In this document: positions 53,847 to 64,000 of the stretch, piece by piece
How the letters are laid out: each line of letters begins with the position of its first letter
How positions within the stretch are numbered: position 1 is the first letter of the stretch
From: Octopus sinensis
Taxonomy: Eukaryota
Reading direction: 5' to 3'
Assembly: GCF_006345805.1 (NCBI RefSeq)
Contig: NC_042998.1
Span: 62,558,001-62,622,000 of the forward strand
Length of the DNA stretch: 64,000 nucleotides
Notes under the pieces: model-generated
Told to the model about the DNA's origin: nothing
Seen by the model: the letters and a program-made list of their open reading frames with translations, nothing else
The model's database searches: none
Made by a program: the position numbers and the translations under genes

Positions 53847-54548
53847 CATACATATATACAGGCATACATATACCTATATGTGAGTGTGTATGTATACGTA
53901 TCCATGTGGGTCTTTGTATTCAAATAAGCAATCTCGAAAACACAGCACGATACCAATGTGGAATTTCAGGCAACCTTTGGTAACTCAGTATAAAAATACC
54001 ACGGCTTCACATATTCACCGCAACACAGCTGTCGTGGACATTCATACTCTTTATACAAAGATGTTTACTTCAAGTAGACAATTTTTTAAAATACCAAAAT
54101 TTAATCTAAACATGTGAATTGAACTAACATTTCTTTCGTCAACCATCTCGCCTCTTTTCTATACTAGCGTTCGAGTGAAGAATTTCTAAGCTTTATGTTA
54201 AAGGTTACTTGTTATGCCGAGCATGATTACGAATAATTCCCCATTTTATATTTCCATTAGTACTATAATCTCAACATCAGCACACCAACACAGATATTCT
54301 TCCTTGTTAATGAAATATCTGCCTGTCAAATTTTGTTTGCAAATCCGTGATTTTGCCTGCTATGAATGCTAAAGCTTTTAGCAAAGTGATTCTGTCATAT
54401 TTGTTTAGTTTCTTAATATCTGCTGATTTTCATTGTCATTTTTGTGCGTTTCCTGGTAGATTGCTCAGTTACATACTAGCTATTATCAAAATTAATTTTT
54501 TATTGCAATTAGTACTATTATTAATATTATTATTATTGTTAATATTAT

Positions 54549-54636
<88 letters not shown>

Positions 54637-54647
54637 TTCATAATTTC

Positions 54648-55120
54648 AGGCGGCGAGCTGGCAGAAACATTAGCGCGCCGGGTGAAATGCTTAGAGGTAT
54701 TTCGTTTGCCGTTACGTTCTGAGTTCAAATTCCGCCGAAGTCGACATTGCTTTTCATCCTTACGGGGTCGATTAACTAAGTACCAGGGAAACACTGGGGT
54801 CGATGTAATCGACTAGTCCCCTACCCAAAATTTTCAGGCTTTGTGCCTATAATAGAAAGGATTATTATTATTATTATTATTATTGTTATTATTATCATCA
54901 TAATTTCAGGCGACGAGCTCGCAGAAGCGATAGCACGCTGGGTGAAATGCTCAGCGGTATTTCATCTGTCTTTCCGTTCTGAGTTCAAATTCCGACGAGG
55001 TCGACTTTGCCTTTCATCCTTTCGGGATCGATAAATTAAGTACCAATTGCGTGCTGGTGCCGAGGTAATAGATTTCTCCCCTCTCGTAAAATTTCAGGCC
55101 TTACGCCTTTAATAGAAAGA
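54648..55120 (+). mobile_element. Two SINE family A copies (54648-54860, 54907-55120) separated by (ATT)n
   Basis: Both begin AATTTCAGGCG.CGAGCT.GCAGAA. Confidence 0.9.
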
Positions 55121-55135
55121 ATTATTATTATTATT

Positions 55136-55600
55136 GAGTGAGAGCACAGTGCATGCATCCAAAGTGACACTGGCGTAAAATATACGAAGCCCAGTATTCC
55201 CATTATGACTATCCGTCTGATAAGGGCACACCAGTCACATGCACCACAACCATATGTGCGCGACATGGTGATCTCATTTCAAGCTAAACAGCGCATAGCT
55301 TTCCAGGTGGGGTCAGTTAGAATTTTTTTCAGGCTGAGTAGCCCATTCCACTCAAAAGGTCCCTGAATAAGGGTTGTTTAAGGATGATGAATGAAACACT
55401 CATGACTCCCGAGGTGAATTATCAAAACACCAAAGAATTACTCTCAACACATAGGTATGAGGCTCCCCCGCTACTTCTACTCATGATCATTGATCTAAAT
55501 ATCGTCTGCCACAAGAAAACATGCTGAACTGGTTAAGGTCAAACAACTGACACGCAAATCTGTGTTATTGAGCAGAATATTTCCTGTAGCCCATCTTTTA
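55136..55600 (-). mobile_element. Unclassified ~470-bp repeat, homolog of 35070-35547
   Basis: Ends GCTCTCACTC|AATAATAAT on the minus strand. Confidence 0.75.
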
Positions 55601-55604
55601 TCCA

Positions 55605-55686
<82 letters not shown>

Positions 55687-55728
55687 TATTATTATTATTA
55701 TATTATTATTATTATCATTATTATTATT

Positions 55729-56552
55729 ATTCAGTAGTTTTATTTTTATAGCGCAGCTCTGTGTGCCTTGGGTATGTGCTGTGATTTGTTGTGATACTCT
55801 GATGTTTCTTGAATGGAAAGTGTTCTGCGTAGGATGTGTGCAGTGCCTAGTAGTGCAATTTTCTGTATGTTATATGTTTTTAAGTCCTGATGATTTGTTA
55901 TGTATTTGTCTGACTATTTTTTTATCATGCCTAGTGCACCTAGTATGATAGGAATTGTTTCTGTTTTTAGATTCCACATTCTGGTTACCTCTATTTCCAG
56001 GTCTTTGTATTTTGAAAGTTTCTCCATTTCTTTTAGAGACACGTTGTCATCTGCTGGTATTGATACATCAATTAGAAAGCATTTTTTTTCTTCATGATCT
56101 CTGACACCTATATCTGGTCTGTTGGCCTTAATTTCTCTATCTGTGTGTATCGGCATATCCCAGAGTATGGTTGCTTTCTCGTTTTCTGTGACCTTTTCTG
56201 GTGTGTGCCTATACCATCTTTTTTCTATTGTTATTCCATAATGTTGGCATAGCTTCCAGTGTATGTAGGTCCCAACTCTATCGTGTCTGTGAATATATTC
56301 CTTCTTAGCCAGGACTGGGCAGCCAGAGATAATATGATTTATTGTTTCTTGTCCATCTCCACATATTCTGCAGTTACTTGTTATATTTCTTTTCATTACA
56401 TGTTTTTGGTAATTTCTGGTGGGGAGGCTTTGGTCTTGTGCTGCAATTAAAAATCCCCCTGTCTCTGTTTTGAGTCCTGAGCTTCTCAACCATTGCTGGG
56501 ATTTTTCTTTGTCTATTTGTTTTGCATTTAGCTTAGTCCAGTATTTACCATG
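55729..56552 (-). mobile_element. R4/Dong family A, longest copy; ORF 55914-56489 uninterrupted over the CCHC-RLE region
   Basis: HGKY, SGLKTETGGFLIAAQDQSLPTRNY, CRICG..ETINHIISGC, RHD, RPD, IDVS, KY; (ATT)n on both flanks. Confidence 0.92.
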
Positions 56553-56559
56553 AAGGGGC

Positions 56560-56655
<96 letters not shown>

Positions 56656-56806
56656 CATCTTTAGTCCATACGAGAAAGAATTATTATTATAATTACGATG
56701 CTTCAATTGAAGAACCACAGACCATGTGGGATGTTGTCTAATAGAAAAAGAAACAACAAAATGAGTAGAAAACGTACCCACAGTTGACAACGCAGCGATT
56801 AAATAC

Positions 56807-56906
56807 NNNNNNNNNNNNNNNNNNNNNNNNNNNNNNNNNNNNNNNNNNNNNNNNNNNNNNNNNNNNNNNNNNNNNNNNNNNNNNNNNNNNNNNNNNNNNN
56901 NNNNNN
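56807..56906. other. Assembly gap (100 N)
   Basis: Direct reading. Confidence 1.
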
Positions 56907-56909
56907 AGA

Positions 56910-57270
56910 ATAGTCGATTACATCGGCTCTCATTACTCAACTGGTACTTATTTTACCAACCCCCGAAATAATGAAAGGTAAGGTCGACCTCGGCGGAATT
57001 TGAACTCAGAACGTAAAGACGGACAAAATGCTGCTAAGCCGTTTACTCTGCGTGCTGACGACTATGCCAGTTCGCCGCCTTTGTATTATGTAATATTCTT
57101 TTCTACTCAAGGCACAAGGCCCGAAATTTTGGGGGAAGAGGCCAGTCGATTAGATCGACCCAACTACGCAACTAGTGCTTAATTTATCGACCCCAAAAGG
57201 ATGAAAGGCAAAGTCGACCTCGGCGGAATTTGAACTCAGAACGTAACGGCAGACGAAATACCGCTATGCA
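56910..57270 (-). mobile_element. Two SINE family A copies
   Basis: Family A cores. Confidence 0.85.
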
Positions 57271-57559
57271 TTAATATAATTCTTGTCATCACTAAAAAAA
57301 ATTATATTTTCATACCTGCATAACTTATGCAGGTACATTATTAACTGTTCTAAAGCGTGTAATGAGCGTTTCCGATTTCTTCCCTACTCTAGTAACAATT
57401 CAGGCTGTATAGAAACATCCTCTCGCATTATAAAAGCATTTTACAACCCACTGCTAATGTTTCATTATACATTGGTGTGTATTTGGCTGACAGACACATT
57501 TCTTCCGGAGACTGATTTTTGAGGTCTAGTATTATCTAATCGAATGCAAACATCATATC

Positions 57560-58600
57560 CATCAGTTTTTTTCTTTTTTTACTGGGGATCTTTGTAAGTT
57601 CCGACCTCATAATTCTCAGTACTTCAAGAAAATATATAATATATACACTTATCTACTACAACTTTTGCAAGTTCGTTATTAAGTTGTCCAAGTTTGAATA
57701 TTTTGTTTCATCCCTTTCATCCGTGATTCTGTCCGTATACGTGTATTGTATATTGCCAGATTTTTCCCCGAACACTGTCGACTTTTCAGGTTGTATATAA
57801 ACAGCCTCTCGCAGTTTATAAACGTTTTAGAACTTACCGCTATGAACCTTTATTACACTTTGTAAACTGTAATTCATGACAGACAAAATATGTGGTCCGG
57901 AGACTGAGTACTGTCGGTAAATATTCTATTTCTATGAAACTAAATTTGTTTTTGAGTAACTTTCCATTGTTGAAAATTTGCTAGTCTAAACCTGATATTT
58001 TAAATCTTTATTATTGGGCCACCTAACTAATAGGCAAACTAATTCTCGGTATCACTGCAAAGTATATATTCACCTATAAGTAAATACCTGCTGCAAGTTT
58101 GAATGTGTGAGTGTGTTTTGTCTATGACTTTAAGATGCTGATTCTTCCATATAAAGATCGTTATGTTGTGGCTGGTATTTTTTATCGTTGTTACTTGACA
58201 CCAGAACATCCCGAATCAATTTGGCCTGAAACAAAATGCCGTCGAAATGTGAGCATCGCCGTCTTTCATGCAGCTATAATGTAACTTTAATTGTTCAAAA
58301 CGGTAGTGTATGAGGATTTGATGAGATTTGGTTATCATTTCTAGCATATCTTCAGCTCGTATAGAAACTCCCGCGACGGTGTGTATAATTATAGGAGTTA
58401 AATTAGAATTTACAAAGTGCTTATTTACTCTGAGAGTTGAGAGTAATTTACGAGATATACGCCCGCTTTTCTGGTGTATTTTTAGTTTGAAGTAAAAGAA
58501 TATAAATGAATTTGTAAGCACGAAGCCAAAATGTGCAGATTTAGAATAAATCAATTTCCGTTTTTTTCCTTCCAGCTTCGTACAAGTTGCACCACCGAAA
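57560..58600 (-). mobile_element. Possible decayed Penelope-like ORF (RT + GIY-YIG)
   Basis: FVLTNSFIF..KIHQKSG resembles PLE RT; LFIYNLKSRQC...RM resembles GIY-YIG; many disablements. Confidence 0.3.
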
Positions 58601-58829
58601 AATTCGAGTTGGTAAAACGTTATTTTTATTGTTGTGTAGCTCAATGTTAGTCTGACCTGACAGACCTATGACATGCTGCAGCAATCCACAAATCCATAGC
58701 TTCCGGATATGTCATACTCATGTGTAACTCGTGTTTTTGTGTGGTGAGATGTGGAGGACAACTCATTCATGTGGTATTGTGCTGAGTCAAAAGTCTTACA
58801 ATGCATTGGAAACTTATTTGCTTTATTCG

Positions 58830-59000
58830 TCAAGTTACAAAAAGCAGCCTAACATTTCAAGTAGAGGTCACCGTGCTGCAGCGCCTTTCTGCTAGTTCTT
58901 TGATTCCACCAGTCATTCTCCTTCGAGGTGAATAACCCCTTCACTGAAGCTTCTACCTCCACTTGGTCGATGAAGGGTCGTAAGTGCAGGAAGCGAGCCA
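58830..59000 (-). mobile_element. Possible hAT transposase remnant
   Basis: MARFLHLRPFI...ENDW..IKELAE resembles hAT MLxRFLxLR...EWxxIxxL. Confidence 0.3.
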
Positions 59001-59170
59001 TGGATCGGTGCAGCTAATAATCCGAGCAAGTTAGTTTTCCGCAATCAATTCAATTCCCTCAACTTTCTGGAGTTCCTCCGAGGAATTTGAACTCAGAACG
59101 TAGCGGTAGACGAAATACCGGTAAGCATTTCGTCCAGCGTGCTAACGATTCTGCCAGCTCACCGCCTTAA

Positions 59171-59223
<53 letters not shown>

Positions 59224-59289
59224 CAACAAAAACAACACCACCACCAACAATTATAATAATGATAATAATAATAATGATAATAATAATAA

Positions 59290-59540
59290 TGCTTTCTAAT
59301 TTTTGTATCAATACCAGCAGATGACAACGTTTCTTTAAAAGAAATGGAGACACTTTCAAAATACAAAAACCTGGAAATAGAGGTAACTCGAATGTGGAAT
59401 CTAGAAACTGAAACAATTCCTAGCATAGTAGGTGCATTAGGTGTGATAAAAAAATATTCAGAGAATATTGGTACAAATGTAAAGATGTAAATCCTAGAAA
59501 AATCATAATTGCTTGGAACTTCAAGAATTCTAACGAATAT
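59290..59540 (+). mobile_element. R4/Dong family A-like fragment with a divergent 3' end
   Basis: VSIPADDNVSLKEMETLSKYKNLEIEVTRMWNL..LGTSRIL; (AAT)n on both sides. Confidence 0.8.
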
Positions 59541-59710
59541 TAATAATAATAATGATAATAATAATAATAATAATAATAACAACAATAATAATAATAATAA
59601 TACGAAGAAGAAGAAAAAGAAGTAGAAGAAGAAGAGGTAGAAGAAGAAGTAGAAGAAGAGGTAGAAGGGGTAAAAGAAGTAGAAGAAAAAGCAGTAGATG
59701 TAGGAGAAGG

Positions 59711-59741
<31 letters not shown>

Positions 59742-60559
59742 GAAGAAGAAGGAGAAGAAGAAAATAAAATAAAAGAAGCATTTCAAGAGAAGGGGGGGGG
59801 AAGAATTATTAGGAAAAGTATGAAGACAACAACAGAAATAAAATAACAAAAAATGTAAGTATTACAATGTTTAACGATAGAGAACATAGTCAAAGCTTGA
59901 TCCCAGAAATCCTAAATCATGAAATGACATGAAACTTTAATAGAAAAATCAGAGATGTCAAGGAAAATTTCGGGTCAGAGAGAAAATTAAATGTAACCTA
60001 AAAGCCTTCCAAGTCCTTTGGAGCAAAATAGGATTACGGTTTCATCGATTGGAGCGTTTCTAGTTGGAAACAACAATCTCCAGGGTATTGTTAAATACAT
60101 GAGGAGATTCTATAAGAGCAGGACAGCCTCGTATTAAGAATTCTTACTCAAGCTAAGACGTTCAAAATAAATCAGAAAATATAATCTCTGATATATCATT
60201 CGATGAATAGGAAGACAAATCCTCAATAAGTTCCCTTCAAATCTTGCAGAATAGGTGCATGTACGACTCTATGGTTAACAATTAATTTAGCTTGAAAGCC
60301 ACGTAGCTCCGAGAAGAAATCCTGCGCTGTTTGAGTAGGTGTCTTCAACCAGAGACCTCGCTTTGTGAGTAGAATTTCGTAGATGGAATCTGTAAGTGGA
60401 GATAAATTTTATCCATGTAATGATAAAGGCAAGCAAGCGGTCACTTCGAGATCATTGCGAATGTTTTCTTCGTAATAGATAAAATAAATATGTATTCAAG
60501 ATATATAGAAATATATATAACTTGAATACATATTTATTTATTTATGAGACGCTATCATA

Positions 60560-60993
60560 CGTTAAATTCAAATTACGATGAACGTAAACAAACAAACGAA
60601 GTTTGCTTTAGAAGCGTTGAGATGTCTTAGACAGTTAAATAAGTGATTTTAAATTCTCAAACGCAGGATAATGCTAATAACATAGCCTGAACAGGATAAG
60701 CTACCCCTATTTCGCAGAAAAAAGTTTTGGTGGCCGGCTATGAGATTTCTATATATCTTAAATTTGCCGAAGAATGTGTGATGTGGGCGGTTTAGGAGGT
60801 GTGAGTTCGTGTCTCATAAGCGGCTGCCAACACTTTTTTCTGCAAAATAGGGGTAGCTTATTCTGTTCAGGCTATATTATTAGCATCATCCTGCGTTTGA
60901 GAATTTAAAATAGCTTCTTCAACTTTCTAAGTCATCTCAACGCTTCTAAAGCAAACCTCGTTTGTTTACGTTCATCGTAATTTGAATTTAATG
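60560..60993. mobile_element. Palindromic MITE, about 190-bp TIRs, TA TSD
   Basis: TA|CGTTAAATTCAAATTACGATGAACG...CGTAATTTGAATTTAATG|TA. Confidence 0.85.
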
Positions 60994-61064
60994 TATTTAA
61001 AATGTTGTAATAATTATGTATTGCTCAAAAAAGGTATTGAGTAATTGTTCTGGGTCTATATATT

Positions 61065-61262
61065 GATTTCAAATTTTGGCACAAGGCCAGTAAGTTCGAA
61101 TTTCATCGACTTCAGTGCTGAAATGGTACTTATTTTATCCACACCGTAAAGTTTAGAGGCAAAGTCGACTTCGGCGGAATTTGAACTCAGAACGAAAGGA
61201 CGGACTGAATAGAGCTAAGCATTTTGCCCGGTATTGCTAACGATTGTACCAGGTCGCCGCCT
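61065..61262 (-). mobile_element. SINE family A
   Basis: Family A core. Confidence 0.8.
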
Positions 61263-61646
61263 GGTACAATCTTAACATAAAAGGCAACTCACACATACAC
61301 ACGCACACACACAAACACAAACACAAACACAGAAACATACACAGACACATACACACATACGCACATACACGCACTCACACATACACAGACACAGACACAC
61401 AGAAACACACACATACACATACACACACAAGCACACACAAACACACACAAACGCACACAGACAGACACATACACGCAGACACACAGTCACACACGCACGC
61501 ACAGACACAGACACATACAGACACATAGACGCACACAAAAAACACACACACACAAACACACACACACGCACTCAAACGCGCACACATATATAACAGGTTT
61601 TCACAGGTTCCGTCTAACAAATTCATTCACAAGGCATTCCTGAAGA

Positions 61647-61995
61647 TGGATCAGTGGTTAGAGCGTCGGCTTCCCAATCATGAGATAATGAGTTCAATTC
61701 TCGGATCAGGCTGTGCGTTGTATTCTTGAGCAAGACACTTTATTTCACGTTGCACCAGTTCACTCAACTTTAGAATTGAGTGGCGACGTCACTGGTGCCA
61801 AGCTGTAGCGGACTTACCTTTCTCTTGAACAGCATCAGTGACGTGGAGAAGAGAGTCTGGTACGCATGGGCGACTGCTGTTCTTCCATAAACAACCTTGC
61901 CCAGACTTGTGCCCCGGAGGAGAACTTTCCAGGTGCAGTTCCATGGCCATTTATGAGCGAAGGGGGTTCTTTTCATTGGACGTGGTGCTATTGTA
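61647..61995 (+). mobile_element. Third tRNA-derived SINE family
   Basis: A box TGGTTAGAGCGTCGG, B box GAGTTCAATTC, then TTCTTGAGCAAGACACTT conserved-domain-like segment. Confidence 0.7.
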
Positions 61996-62257
61996 CAAGA
62001 ACCTACATAAGGTGCCTCACAGTGGCACTGAATGCAAAACCCCTTGGTTGTTAGATTCTTAATCACACTGTTGTCCCTACACTTTGCTATTACACCTTTC
62101 TGTTTTAGCCACTGATACACATGAGACGTTGCGATGTATTTAAAAGATCTCAGATGGACGCTTTTGTTGAATTCTTATGAATTTTGTTGAATTCTTCTGA
62201 ATATGGCTGTTCAGCATTAATTAAACTACACATTGTAAAATATTCAATTATCTATCG

Positions 62258-62490
62258 GCACTTATATTGGCTTCAAATTTTGACACAAGGCCACAAAGTT
62301 CGATGTGGGTGGGTGGAGGTTAAGTCGATTACACCGACCCCAGTATACAACTGGTACTCATTTTATCGACCTACGAAAGGATAAAAGGCAACTTTGACCT
62401 CGGTGGAATATGAACTCCGAACGTAAAGATGGCGGAAGGTCACTCAGCATTTCGCCTGTAGTGCTAACAATTTTGCCAGCTCGCCACTGT
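62258..62490 (-). mobile_element. SINE family A
   Basis: Family A core. Confidence 0.8.
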
Positions 62491-63812
62491 GGCGTCTTAT
62501 ATTGACTCCAATACTAGCAACCGTCACATAATATCCTCTAAGGTAGAGAGTATCTGAAAAAAAAATTTTTTAGAAGGATTTTAAACTTGTTAAATTTATG
62601 TCGTTTATTTTCGTCGACTTATCTCCCTTTACAAAACAACGTCGACATCAAACTCTCGTTATCCCAAGCTCGCATATAACGTTAATTTGATGAGACACGT
62701 TGTTTGTTATACATGCTTTTAAACATTTAAATGATATTTACAAATGTCACAATTTGAGACGATTCAGTAATTCAGAAATTCTGTAATTCTGTAATTTTAG
62801 CCATTATGTTTTGAAACCTTTTTGTTGAATCAATAACAGCCCAGTGGAGTTAGAGATCTAGCTCATTATTTGCACACGTTAACGTGTTTAAAAATATTGT
62901 GAACTAATGACTACAGGGTCAGAGTTAAATCGTTTAAATATAGTTTGTCCATTTATTTTCGGACAGAAAGCTATTCCCAAAAATATGCATACCTTGTAAA
63001 AATTGTTAATAATTCTCGAAGAAGAAAAAGAAAGGGTGGTAAATAAAAGAAACTTAGAATTAATCACTGAAAAAATTTGTCCTTTGACGGCAAGGATCAA
63101 ATATCGGCATATTTTAGTCTTTTTGGCCCACATCAGCATATTATAGACTACTCAAGTGTCTTTCGAGTTCAAAAATTTTAGCATATAGACTATAAGAGCT
63201 TTTCTCCATGATATGTAACTATATTTTGAGAATTTAATCCCCTTTTTTGGTGGTGGTTTGCTAAATATTACCGATAAGATTTTTGTTCTTTATTTTCAAA
63301 CTGAAAAGTGGGGAAAAAACACAAACTTCAGTTGAGTTTGAATTTAAATGAAGAAAGAAGTGCAACTGACATTACAATAGTGATTTATTCCATATCTCAT
63401 ACAATGTTATATAATATATACCATAATATATGAATATATGAAATAATAGTCGTATAATCCATTCGCTTCTGCAAATAGAGTAATCCCTCGCCATATCACT
63501 GTTCGCTTATCGCGGTTTATTATTTAAGCTCACCTCGATTCCTCCGTGGTGTTGTTATGCATGTATGATAAAATAAATATATACAAATTATAAAAATGTT
63601 AATTAAAACAAAATACACTACAGTACTGCTTCTACTTCGCAGATTTTCACCTATCGCAAGGCGTTTCGGAATGTAATATCCGTGATAGTCGAGGGATTAC
63701 TGTCTCATGAAATGAAAATACGATCGACCAAGTGGTTATTTTGGGATTGGTTCATGTGGGCGTGTATACAATATGTAAATAGACAGAACATGTAATTATC
63801 TTCTCAATCTGT

Positions 63813-63814
<2 letters not shown>

Positions 63815-63902
<88 letters not shown>

Positions 63903-64000
63903 GTGTGTGTGTTGATAAAACCAGTACTAGTTGAAAACAGGGGTCAATGCAATCGACTTAACCCCTCTCCAGAATTGCTGGCCTTGTGCCAAATTTTGAA
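63815..64000 (+). repeat. (ATCT)n followed by a SINE family A 3' fragment (63914-64000)
   Basis: Direct reading. Confidence 0.8.

Noticed and set aside
53483-53956. Host C2H2 zinc-finger gene
   Set aside because: N-terminus is a (TACA)n repeat, no TGEKP linkers, and the context and tail fit a LINE 3' end

Overview
AT-rich, microsatellite-saturated animal DNA with no supportable host protein-coding gene. The tRNA-head SINE families, repeat landscape and TA/AAT/ATCT microsatellites suggest an octopod cephalopod genome (inference, not searched). Nearly all ORFs in the track are microsatellite artefacts; the real coding remnants are all transposon-derived. They comprise about 12 R4/Dong-clade non-LTR fragments from at least 4 families (almost all sitting in (AAT)n in one orientation), Tx1/L1, RTE (one with an internal inversion), L2-like, Gypsy, three Tc1/mariner remnants, MITEs, a Helentron-type element and more than 30 SINE pieces. 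The main unannotated signal is a dense set of type I hammerhead ribozyme (HHR) folds in Penelope-like/retrozyme-like non-coding repeats, many with unusually large or branched stem II domains. The best case is 39248-40424: a 485-486 bp tandem unit plus a fold-back copy, carrying three HHRs with canonical cores. All folds were paired by eye and none is experimentally or computationally validated. SINE and fragment boundaries are approximate.
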